Source: Myxococcales bacterium
GTDB lineage: Bacteria > Myxococcota > B64-G9
Assembly: GCA_012798435.1 (NCBI GenBank)
Contig: JAAZNF010000118.1
Location: 1-64,000, forward strand
Direction of reading: 5' to 3'
DNA: 64,000 nt
Part shown: in pieces, positions 47,297 through 55,351 of the stretch
Position numbering within the stretch: position 1 is the first letter of the stretch
How the letters are laid out: each line of letters opens with the position of its first letter
The notes under the pieces: generated by a model
What the model saw: the letters and a program-made list of their open reading frames with translations, nothing else
The model's database searches: none
What the model was told of the DNA's origin: nothing
Translations under genes and position numbers: made by a program

Positions 47297-48760
47297 TCAG
47301 TCGCGCTTGAGGTGGTAGCGCACGCTGCCGTCGGCTTCGCGCACGGTGATCTCCAGCGGCATCTGCCCAGGCAGTGAGTGGGTGGCGCAGGAGAAGCACG
47401 GATCGTAGGCGCGGAAGGCCATCTCCACCATGTTGAGCAGCCCCTGCTTCGGCTCCTTGCCCTTGAGCACCTGCTGGGCGGCCTTCTTGACCGACATCGA
47501 GATGGGGGCGTTGTTGTTGGTGGTGCCCACGATGAGGTTGGCCTTGGTCACGATGCCGTTCTTGTCGGTCGTGTAGTGGTGCGTCAGCGTGCCGCGCGGC
47601 GCCTCCACGATGCCCACGCCATCGGTGGGGGTGGCGGTGGGGATGGTGTGCACGTCCTGCGACAGGATCTCCGGGTCGTTGGCGAGCTGCACCCAGCGCT
47701 CGGCCGAGTACAGAAGCTCGACGAGCCGCGCCCAGTGGATGGCCAGGGTGTGGTGCGAGGGCTTGCCCCCGAGGGTCTTGTACATCTTGTCGTACTGCTC
47801 CTGGGCCTTGGGGGTGGCCATGCCGTCGGCGGCGTTGAGGCGCGACAACGGGATGGCGCGGTAGATGCTGCTGTCCGCGCCTTCGACGAAGCCCTTCCAG
47901 CCGCGCTTCTTGAGGAAGGGGTACTTGAGGTACGAGTACGTCTCGACGTGCTCGGCGACGTTGTCCAGGTACTCGGGGGCGCTGTATTTGGCCACCTCGC
48001 GGCCGGCCGCGTCCTTCACCCGCACCTTGCCGTCGTAGAAGTTGACCTTGTTGTTCTCGTCCACCAGGCCCATGTCGCCGACCTCCAGGCGGTAGCCCGG
48101 CGACAGGATGAGATCGAGATAGGCCTTGTTCTTGAGCACCACGTCCTCGAACAGCTTGAGAGAAAACTCGGCGAACTCGACGCACTTCGGGCCCTTCTCC
48201 TTGAGCTCGGCCACGATCTCCTTGGTGATGCCCTTGCTTACCCCGCCGGCGATGCACCACACCGGGTGGGTGGAGCGGCCGGCGATCTTGATCTGGAGAT
48301 CCTGGGCCCAGCGCCGGTGCTCGATGACCTTCTTGCCGATCTCCAGCCCCACCTTCTCGATCACCCCCAGCACGTTGCGCTTGTCGGCCGGAGCGTCGGG
48401 CCCCACCACGAAGTCCGGCGCGCCCAGGTAGTAGAAGTGCAGGGTGTGGTCGTAGAAGTAGTACACGCCTTCATAGAAGAGCTGGCGCAGTTTCCGCGCC
48501 GCCGGGGGGATCTCCACGTGGTACACCGCGTCTACCGCCTTGGCCGCGGCCATGTGGTGGGCCGCCGGGCACACCCCGCAGATGCGGGTGACGATGCGCG
48601 GCACTTCCTCCACCGGGCGCCCCACCACGAAGCGCTCGAAGCCGCGCAGCTCCGGGATCTGCAAGTAGACGTTGCCCACCTCGCCCTTGTCGTCGAGGAA
48701 GATCTCGATCTTGCCGTGGCCTTCCAGGCGGGTGATGGGATCGATGCTCACGCTTTTCAT
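47297..48760 (-). CDS. mvhA: [NiFe]-hydrogenase large subunit, Mvh/F420-non-reducing type (MvhA-like).
   Basis: N-terminal RICGVCPAAHHMAAAKA (RxCGxC) and C-terminal DPCFSCATHSL (DPCxxCxxH), followed by a cleavable tail. 487 aa. Confidence 0.9.
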   Translation of the reverse strand: MKSVSIDPITRLEGHGKIEIFLDDKGEVGNVYLQIPELRGFERFVVGRPVEEVPRIVTRICGVCPAAHHMAAAKAVDAVYHVEIPPAARKLRQLFYEGVYYFYDHTLHFYYLGAPDFVVGPDAPADKRNVLGVIEKVGLEIGKKVIEHRRWAQDLQIKIAGRSTHPVWCIAGGVSKGITKEIVAELKEKGPKCVEFAEFSLKLFEDVVLKNKAYLDLILSPGYRLEVGDMGLVDENNKVNFYDGKVRVKDAAGREVAKYSAPEYLDNVAEHVETYSYLKYPFLKKRGWKGFVEGADSSIYRAIPLSRLNAADGMATPKAQEQYDKMYKTLGGKPSHHTLAIHWARLVELLYSAERWVQLANDPEILSQDVHTIPTATPTDGVGIVEAPRGTLTHHYTTDKNGIVTKANLIVGTTNNNAPISMSVKKAAQQVLKGKEPKQGLLNMVEMAFRAYDPCFSCATHSLPGQMPLEITVREADGSVRYHLKRD

Positions 48761-48778
48761 GTTCGCTCTCCTCGCGCC

Positions 48779-49750
48779 TCAGCGGTCGCCCAGGTGGCGG
48801 CGGTGCAGCAACGACAGCGGCAACCCGAAGCGGTAGAAGTACCCCGCCGGATCCGGGATGCCGTCCAGGATGCGCTCCACCTCCTCGGGATCCTCGGAGT
48901 CGATGTGCGAGGCGATGGCGGCCAGGATCTTGGCGCCCTGGTCGGTGACGTTGGGCAGCGGGCCGTAGCAGCCGCGGCAGGGCATGTTGGAGCCGATGCA
49001 GCGCCAGCCGCAGCCGGCGCGGGTGGCAGCGCCCAGGCACACGATGCCCTGCTCCATGAAGCAGATCTCGGGGTCGGGGTGGGTGAGGTGCCGCCGCTGG
49101 AACTTCTTGAACTTGAGTTCCTTCTTCTTGCGCGGGCAGTCCTCGCACATGGCCTTGTCCGAGGCGCCCACCACCGCCCCCTTGGCGGGCAGCTTGCCGG
49201 AGGCCACCGCGCCCAGCACGATGGCGATCTGCTCCGGGTTGGGCGGGCAGCCGGGCACGGTGTAGTCGACGTCGATGGTCTGGGCCAGGGTGCGCACGTT
49301 CTCGTAGAGCTCGGGGATCTTCAGCGTGCCCTCGGGGACCTTGGTCTCCACCTGGGGTACGATCTTCTGGAGGTTTTCGGTCGAGGGGCTCTCCAGGTAG
49401 GCCGAGGCGAAGATGTCCTTCTTCGACCAGAAGTTGGCCAGCCCCGGGATGCCGCCCATGTGGGCGCAGGCGCCAAAGGCCACCATGAGCTTGCTCTTCT
49501 TGCGCAAGAGGCGCGCCACGTGCTCGTTCTCACTGTTGCGGATGGCGCCGTTGAACAGGGTGATGTCCAGGTACCCGTCGGGGTAGCCCTCGACGTCCTT
49601 GTACTTGAAGTCCATGGCGCAGGGCCAGAACTTCACCTCGGCCACCTGGATCACGTCCAGGATCTTCTCGTGGATGTCCAGGAAGGCCACGTCGCAGCCG
49701 CCACAGCTCGCTCCCCAATACACGCCCACCTTCAGTTTGGCTTGGCTCAT
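48779..49750 (-). CDS. mvhG: [NiFe]-hydrogenase small subunit, MvhG-like.
   Basis: N-terminal VYWGASCGGCDVAFLDIHE, the proximal-cluster motif typical of F420-non-reducing hydrogenase gamma subunits. Additional Cys clusters (CPPNPEQ; CEDCPRKK; CLGAATRAGCGWRC). Confidence 0.85.
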   Translation of the reverse strand: MSQAKLKVGVYWGASCGGCDVAFLDIHEKILDVIQVAEVKFWPCAMDFKYKDVEGYPDGYLDITLFNGAIRNSENEHVARLLRKKSKLMVAFGACAHMGGIPGLANFWSKKDIFASAYLESPSTENLQKIVPQVETKVPEGTLKIPELYENVRTLAQTIDVDYTVPGCPPNPEQIAIVLGAVASGKLPAKGAVVGASDKAMCEDCPRKKKELKFKKFQRRHLTHPDPEICFMEQGIVCLGAATRAGCGWRCIGSNMPCRGCYGPLPNVTDQGAKILAAIASHIDSEDPEEVERILDGIPDPAGYFYRFGLPLSLLHRRHLGDR

Positions 49751-49766
49751 GAATTCCTCCAGGGTG

Positions 49767-50297
49767 TCAGGCGGTGGCCTGGCTCTTTTTCGGGAGCGCC
49801 TTGCGCACCTCGAGGTTCAGCGGTCCCAGGGCGCGCACTTGCTCCACGAACTCGTTGATCACCCGCTGGTAGCGCTCGCCTTCCGAGGCGGAGATCCACT
49901 CCAGGCGCAGGCGGCCCTCCTCGATGCCCATGTCCTTGAGAAGGCGCTTGAGCAGCGGAATGCGCCGCAGGGTCTTCATGTTGCCGCTCTGGTAGTGGCA
50001 GTCACCCGGGTGGCAGCCGCCGAGGAGCACCCCGTCCGCGCCCTCGCGGAAGGCCTTGAGCACGAACGTCGGGTCCACCCGGCCGCTGCACATCACCCGC
50101 ACCACCCGCACGTTGGGGGCGTACTTCATGCGCGAGGTGCCGGCGAGGTCGGCCCCGGTATAGGTGCACCAGTTGCACAAGAACCCCACGATTTTCGGTT
50201 CGAAGCTCACGGCGCGGATACCTCCTTCTAGGCTGGTTCGCTCCCACCGATCCAGGAAGCCGGAAGATCCAATACCCAAACCGGTAGAGGTTTTCAA
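49767..50297 (-). CDS. mvhD: MvhD-like hydrogenase iron-sulfur subunit ([2Fe-2S], couples the hydrogenase to HdrA).
   Basis: FLCNWCTYTGADLAG ... VMCSGRVDP ... LGGCHPGDCHY motifs, characteristic of MvhD. The true start is probably an internal codon. Confidence 0.8.
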   Translation of the reverse strand: MKTSTGLGIGSSGFLDRWERTSLEGGIRAVSFEPKIVGFLCNWCTYTGADLAGTSRMKYAPNVRVVRVMCSGRVDPTFVLKAFREGADGVLLGGCHPGDCHYQSGNMKTLRRIPLLKRLLKDMGIEEGRLRLEWISASEGERYQRVINEFVEQVRALGPLNLEVRKALPKKSQATA

Positions 50298-50304
50298 ATA
50301 GTTT

Positions 50305-52302
50305 CTAGAGGCTGAGCAACCCCTCGATTTCCGAGAAGATTTGCCGGTCGCCGAAGTGCCGCGCCAGGATGGCCGAGCTGGGGCAGGCCGCCACGCAGGT
50401 GCCGCAGCCCTTGCACAGGGCGTCGTTCACCGCGGCACGCTTGCGGGCCTCGTCGAAGGTGATGGCGTTGTAGGGGCACAGCCCGATGCAGGTGCGGCAG
50501 CCCGAGCACAGCTCGTCCTGGACGTGGGCGGTGGTGGCCTCGATCTCGATCTCCTTGCGGGTGATGAGCGAGAGCGCCTTGCTGGCCGCGGCCGAGCCCT
50601 GGGCCACGGTGTCGGGGATGTCCTTGGGGCCCTGGCAGGCGCCGGCGATGAACACCCCCTCGTTGGTGGTGGACACGGGCGCGAGCTTGGGGTGCTGCTC
50701 GAGGAAGAAACCGTCCGCGCCGCGGCTGACCAGGAAACGGCGGCCCACCTCCTCGGCGTCGAAGCGCGGCTCGAAGGCAGGGGTGAGCACCACCATGTCC
50801 ACCGGCACGTGCAAGACTTGCTGGAGCAGGGAGTCCTCGGCCACCACCACGAGCTGATGGTCCTCGAGACCCTCGGGCACCGCGGCTGCGGGCACCATGG
50901 CCTTCCACTCGGCCCCGCCCCACACCTGGGCGCCCTTGCCGCGCACGAAGCGCACCCCTTCCTCCTGCAGGCGCTTGTAGAACTCCTCGTAGCCTTTCCC
51001 GAAGCAGCGCATGTCGATGTAGAAGTTGTACACCCGCGCCTCGGGGAGCTTCTCGCGGAGGAGGTGGGCGTACTTCAGGGCGTACATGCAGCACACCCGC
51101 GAGCAGTAGCGGTGATGGTTCTCGTCACGGCTGCCGGTGCAGTGCAGGATGGCCACGCTGCGGGGCGCGCGCCCGTCGCGGGTCTGGATGACGCCGTTCG
51201 TCGGCCCGGCGGCGTTGTTGAGCCGCTCGAACTCGAGCGCGCTGTACACCCCCGGCAGGCGTCCGTACCCCAGCTCGGGGATGCGCCGGCCGTCCATGGC
51301 CTGGAAACCGGTGGCCAGCACGATGGTGCCCACCGTCACCTCCTCGACGCGGTCCTGCTGCGTAAAGTCGATGGCCGCTGCCTCGCAGAACTTCACGCAC
51401 ACCCGGCACTTGCCGTTCTTGAGGTAGGCGCAGGCGTTCTTGTCGATGATGGGCTTGTTGGGCACCGCCTGGGCGAAGGGCAGGTAGATGGCCTTGCGCT
51501 TGGCGAGCCCCTGCTCGAACTCCGAGTCGGCCTTGTAGGGGCACTTCTCGATGCACAGGCCGCAGCCGGTGCACTTGTCGTGGTCCACGTAGCCCGCCTT
51601 GCGGCGGATCTTGACCTTGAAGTTGCCCACGAAGCCCGAGACCTCCTCCACCTCGGACCAGGTCATGAGCTTGATGTTGGGGTGCGAGCCGGCCGCCACC
51701 ATCTTGGGCGTCAGGATGCAGGCGGCGCAGTCCAGGGTGGGGAAGGTCTTGTCGAACATGGCCATGTGGCCGCCGATGCTGGGCTCGCGCTCCACCAGCA
51801 CCACCTGCACGCCGGCGTCGGCGAGATCCAGCGCCGCCTGGATGCCGGCGATGCCGCCGCCCACCACCAGGGCCGAGGGGGTGATCTCCACCCGGCGCAT
51901 CTCGAGCGGCTGGTGCTCGCGGGCCCTACGCACCGCGGCCGCCACCAGCGCCTTGGCCTTCTCGGTGGCGGCGCCCTTGCCCTCGGTCACCCAGGAGCAC
52001 TGCTCGCGGATGTTGGCGATCTGTACCAGGAAGGGGTTGAGCCCGGCCTCCTGGGCCGCCCGGCGGAAGGTGCGCTCGTGCATCAGTGGTGAGCAGGCGG
52101 CCACCACCACCGCGTCCAGCCCGTTCTTGCGGATGTCCTCCTGGAGCAGCGCCTGGCCCGGATCCGAGCACATGAACTTGTAGGTGCGCGAGAGCGTCAC
52201 GCCGGGGATGCCGCGGGCGAAATCGGCCACCTCCTCCACGTTGACCATCCCCGCGATGTTGGTGCCGCAGTGACACACGTACACGCCAATCTTGTATGGC
52301 AT
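50305..52302 (-). CDS. hdrA: Heterodisulfide-reductase subunit A-like flavoprotein (HdrA; FAD + multiple [4Fe-4S]).
   Basis: N-terminal YVCHCGTNIAG. FAD-binding GxGxxG (VVGGGIAGIQAALDLADAG). Ferredoxin CxxCxxCxxxCP motifs. C-terminal Cys cluster. 665 aa. Confidence 0.9.
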   Translation of the reverse strand: MPYKIGVYVCHCGTNIAGMVNVEEVADFARGIPGVTLSRTYKFMCSDPGQALLQEDIRKNGLDAVVVAACSPLMHERTFRRAAQEAGLNPFLVQIANIREQCSWVTEGKGAATEKAKALVAAAVRRAREHQPLEMRRVEITPSALVVGGGIAGIQAALDLADAGVQVVLVEREPSIGGHMAMFDKTFPTLDCAACILTPKMVAAGSHPNIKLMTWSEVEEVSGFVGNFKVKIRRKAGYVDHDKCTGCGLCIEKCPYKADSEFEQGLAKRKAIYLPFAQAVPNKPIIDKNACAYLKNGKCRVCVKFCEAAAIDFTQQDRVEEVTVGTIVLATGFQAMDGRRIPELGYGRLPGVYSALEFERLNNAAGPTNGVIQTRDGRAPRSVAILHCTGSRDENHHRYCSRVCCMYALKYAHLLREKLPEARVYNFYIDMRCFGKGYEEFYKRLQEEGVRFVRGKGAQVWGGAEWKAMVPAAAVPEGLEDHQLVVVAEDSLLQQVLHVPVDMVVLTPAFEPRFDAEEVGRRFLVSRGADGFFLEQHPKLAPVSTTNEGVFIAGACQGPKDIPDTVAQGSAAASKALSLITRKEIEIEATTAHVQDELCSGCRTCIGLCPYNAITFDEARKRAAVNDALCKGCGTCVAACPSSAILARHFGDRQIFSEIEGLLSL

Positions 52303-52311
52303 GGCTTCCTC

Positions 52312-53457
52312 CTACAGGGTCTCGGCGACCAGCTCGGCCAGGTCGCGCACTTGGATGGCGTCTTCCCGCTCCAGGCCCAGGCGGCTGTCCTCGAACATGT
52401 TGACGCAGTACGGGCAGCCGGTGGCGAGCACGCTCGCCCCCACCGCCATGGCCTCGGGCAGGCGCAGGTCGGAGAAGCGCTCGCCACGCTTGGTCTCCAT
52501 CCACATGCGGCCGCCGCCGCCGCCACAGCACAGGCTCTGCTTCTTGTGGCGGAACATCTCGCGGAAGGTCACACCCGGCAGAGCCGAGAGCACCGCCCGC
52601 GGCGCGTCGAAGATGTCGTTGTGGCGGCCGAGGTAGCACGGGTCGTGCCAGGTGACGGTGCGGTCGAGCTTCTTGTGTGGCTTGAGCTTGCCCTCGAAGA
52701 TCAGCCGCTGCATGATCTCGGAGGCGTGGTGCACCTCGACCTTGACGCCGAAGGCGGCGTATTCGTTCTTGAAGGTGTGGTAGCAGTGGGGCGAGAGGGC
52801 GATCACCTTGCGCACGCCGGCCTTCTCGAAGGCCGCGGCGTTGCTCTTGCCGAGCGAGGTGAACGTGCCCTCGTCGCCGATCTTGCGCACCGCCTCTCCG
52901 CAGCAGCTCTCCTCGGGCCCCAACACGCCCGCGCGCACCCCGCCGGCCTGGAGCACCTTCCACAGCGCGTCGGCGATGCGACGGCTGCGCTTGTCGTAGG
53001 ACGGCATGCAACAGGCGGACAGGAGGTACTCGTGCTTCTTCGGATCGAAGCGCGGGATCCCCGCCGACTCGGTCCAGGCGTTGCGCTCCTCTCGCTTGCC
53101 GTTCCAGGGGTTGCCCTCGCCCTTCACCGAGCCCAGCGCCGAACGCAGGCTCTGCGGGATGAGGCCCGTCTCGCCGATCATGGCGCGGGTGCTGCGCACC
53201 AGGTCCACGATGGCCACGCCGCGCGGGCAGCGCACCTGGCATGAGGCGCAGGTGGTGCACTTCCACAGGTCCTCGCCCTCGTAGCCCGGCAGCCCGAGTT
53301 GGGCCAGCCGGATGAGCCGGCGGATGTTGAGGGGCTCGACGAAACTCCAGGGACAGCTCCCGGTGCAGGTGCTGCACTGGTAGCACAGGTCGAGGTCGTG
53401 CGCTCCGTACTCCTTGAGCGCATCGGCCACCTCCAAAAACGGCGTCGCGGCAGGCAT
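52312..53457 (-). CDS. HdrD-like protein (fusion of an HdrC-like 2x[4Fe-4S] domain and HdrB-like CCG domains).
   Basis: CYQCSTCTGSCP and CTTCASCQVRCP ferredoxin motifs followed by two CCG-type Cys-rich domains (SCCGE ... CCGGGGG). 10-bp gap to hdrA. Confidence 0.8.
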   Translation of the reverse strand: MPAATPFLEVADALKEYGAHDLDLCYQCSTCTGSCPWSFVEPLNIRRLIRLAQLGLPGYEGEDLWKCTTCASCQVRCPRGVAIVDLVRSTRAMIGETGLIPQSLRSALGSVKGEGNPWNGKREERNAWTESAGIPRFDPKKHEYLLSACCMPSYDKRSRRIADALWKVLQAGGVRAGVLGPEESCCGEAVRKIGDEGTFTSLGKSNAAAFEKAGVRKVIALSPHCYHTFKNEYAAFGVKVEVHHASEIMQRLIFEGKLKPHKKLDRTVTWHDPCYLGRHNDIFDAPRAVLSALPGVTFREMFRHKKQSLCCGGGGGRMWMETKRGERFSDLRLPEAMAVGASVLATGCPYCVNMFEDSRLGLEREDAIQVRDLAELVAETL

Positions 53458-53595
53458 GGCTCCTCCTTGGTTTGCGATCGCGTCTCGATTGTAGGAGCGT
53501 GCCGAGCCGGACTGCCAAGTGAAAAACAGCGCTGTATGAATCCGCTGTACGCGGCGCGAGGTCTTTTTATACAGTCGAGGGGGTGGCCGGGACCA

Positions 53596-55176
53596 TTAAC
53601 GTCGGTGGCTGCGGCCGGAGCTACCGCTGGAGCTGGAGGAGCCGGAGGACTTGCCGCTCGAGGACCCGGACGAGCCGGACGATCTGCTGCCGGATGACCC
53701 CGAGGAGCCGGACGACCTGCTCCCCGACGGTGAGCTGGACGGCCGCGGCGACACCGATGGGCTGATGGAGTGCGAGGGAGAAGAGGACTTCATGCTGGGG
53801 GCGTGGTGTGGGGTGATCGGCGCGACCGGCGCGACCGTGCGGGAGCCGCCGGGCGAGGAGCGCTCCATGGTCGGCCGCTCTCGCGACGGCTGCGCCCGGG
53901 GCTCGACCGCGCTCGCCGGCGGCTGCTGGAGCGCGGGACCGAGGCGTTCCAGATCCACCGAGTTGCGCGGCATGTTACGCGGCCGCATGGCTGGCTGGCG
54001 CGGCTGGATGCTCTCGCCAGCCTCGGGGAATCGCATGGGGGACTGACCCGGATCGATCCGGTTCATCGGCTCGTCCTGGCCTTCCGGCAAGGGGCGCGGA
54101 CGTTCCACCTCGCGGGCGTTGGGGATGATGCCCAGGTCGCGGACCCGGGGCCGATCGCCGAAGACGGGTTGGGCCGGCCGGGTCGTGGTCGCAGGACGTG
54201 CGGAGGGCAACACGCTCGCCTTCTGGAAGCGCGGCCGGAACACCTGTACCTTCCCGTCCTGGACCTTGAGGCTGCCGACGTACCGAGGGGAAGTGTCCGC
54301 CATCCGGTACTTGGGGACGTCGCTCTTGGCATGCCGCGCCACGAAACGCTCGGTGAAGCCCTTCTGGCAGTTGCGGTGGGCCGAGTCGCGGCACCCGCGC
54401 GGATAGTGGGAGCGCCGAAAGTCGTCCTGGCAGTGCCGCCGGTGACGGTAGTGATGGTATGGGTGGGGATCCCAGAAGAATCCCCAGTCGATGAACACCC
54501 AGCCGTCGTAGAACACCGGGTAGTAGCCCCAGCCGTAGCCCCAGGCGTAGCCGGGAGGGATGGGGGCCCAGCCCAGGTAGCCGTCGGTGTAGCGCCACAT
54601 GACCCAGGCAGGGCCCCACACCGTGCTCGGCACCCACACCCAACCCAGCATGCTCATGAAGGCCCAGTTGCCGTAGTGGAACGGCGCCCAGCCCCAGGAC
54701 CAGTAGGAGTGCCAGTACCATCCGGCATCGGTGTAGAGCCAGCGGCCGTAGGTGTAGGGCCGCCAGTTGGCGCCGGTGCCGTTCGGACGCCACACCCAAC
54801 CGTACTGGTCGGTCCACAGCCACTCGCCGTAGGGAGAGAGCTTCTCGATGAAGAAATCGAGATCCACTTCCTGCCCCGGCGAAACCAGCGCGCCCTCGTC
54901 GGGGATGGGTTGGACCTCGGACGAAGCCTCCTCGCCGTCATCCGCGTACACGATGGCGGAATGCGGCGCGGCCGGCTCCGTTCCTTGGTCGTCCTCCGCT
55001 GTGCCCTCCGGCGCGTCCGGAACGGTCGGGCCTTCCGCCGGGTCTCCCGGCGGCGGCACCCATTCCTCGATGGCGTCGTCGTCGTCGAGGTTCTGGGCGA
55101 GGCCGGTAAGCGGGAAAATCAGCGAAATCGATATGATCCAGAAGATCGTGCTTTTTCGGGTATTGAGAGTGGTCAT
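53596..55176 (-). CDS. Secreted Trp/Tyr/Gly-rich repeat protein with a Ser/Gly/Pro-rich low-complexity C-terminal tail. Uncharacterised.
   Basis: Start moved to the second Met (MTTLNTRK...), which has a GGAGG Shine-Dalgarno 5 nt upstream. Signal peptide (IFWIISISLIFPLTGLAQ). A 110-aa block is packed with YGWVW / WSWGWAP / GWVWVP / YAWGYGWGYY units. The tail runs ...SPSVSPRPSSSPSGSRSSGSSGSSGSRSSGSSGSSSGKSSGSSSSSGSSGRSHRR. Confidence 0.6.
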   Translation of the reverse strand: MTTLNTRKSTIFWIISISLIFPLTGLAQNLDDDDAIEEWVPPPGDPAEGPTVPDAPEGTAEDDQGTEPAAPHSAIVYADDGEEASSEVQPIPDEGALVSPGQEVDLDFFIEKLSPYGEWLWTDQYGWVWRPNGTGANWRPYTYGRWLYTDAGWYWHSYWSWGWAPFHYGNWAFMSMLGWVWVPSTVWGPAWVMWRYTDGYLGWAPIPPGYAWGYGWGYYPVFYDGWVFIDWGFFWDPHPYHHYRHRRHCQDDFRRSHYPRGCRDSAHRNCQKGFTERFVARHAKSDVPKYRMADTSPRYVGSLKVQDGKVQVFRPRFQKASVLPSARPATTTRPAQPVFGDRPRVRDLGIIPNAREVERPRPLPEGQDEPMNRIDPGQSPMRFPEAGESIQPRQPAMRPRNMPRNSVDLERLGPALQQPPASAVEPRAQPSRERPTMERSSPGGSRTVAPVAPITPHHAPSMKSSSPSHSISPSVSPRPSSSPSGSRSSGSSGSSGSRSSGSSGSSSGKSSGSSSSSGSSGRSHRR

Positions 55177-55217
55177 GGCAACCTCCATAAGAAAGAGGCC
55201 GTTCGCAAGTATATTTT

Positions 55218-55233
55218 AGCAACTGGCGTGCCA
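55218..55233 (-). promoter_or_regulatory. Sigma-54 (-24/-12) promoter reading toward the Trp-rich protein gene.
   Basis: The minus strand reads TGGCACGccagTTGCT, an exact match to TGGCAC-N5-TTGC, about 40 bp upstream of the ATG at 55176. It sits in a locally AT-rich tract, directly downstream of the sigma-54 EBP gene. Confidence 0.6.
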
Positions 55234-55351
55234 CGGGCGTGCAACACGATTGTACATAAATATCAAAGAGATGGAAATACACGCTTTGCCGCGGTTCCCC
55301 AAAACGGAATACCGGACGATTCCAGATTGACCTTGCCCTCCGTGAGCCCAA

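Noticed and set aside
53458-53595. Possible sigma-54 promoter for the Hdr-Mvh operon in the hdrD-like upstream region (a TGGCAG on the minus strand).
   Set aside because: No TTGC lies at the correct 5-nt spacing. The match is only partial, so it was not called.
53600-53780. Tandem DNA periodicity (GGA/GCC/GGA... and AGC-GGC repeats) near 53600-53780, and the repetitive DNA at 19650-20480.
   Set aside because: Both lie inside coding regions. The first encodes the Ser/Gly tail of the Trp-rich protein. The second encodes the cysteine-rich repeat modules. Neither is a CRISPR array: there are no spacer-like unique segments, and the periodicity matches the protein repeats.
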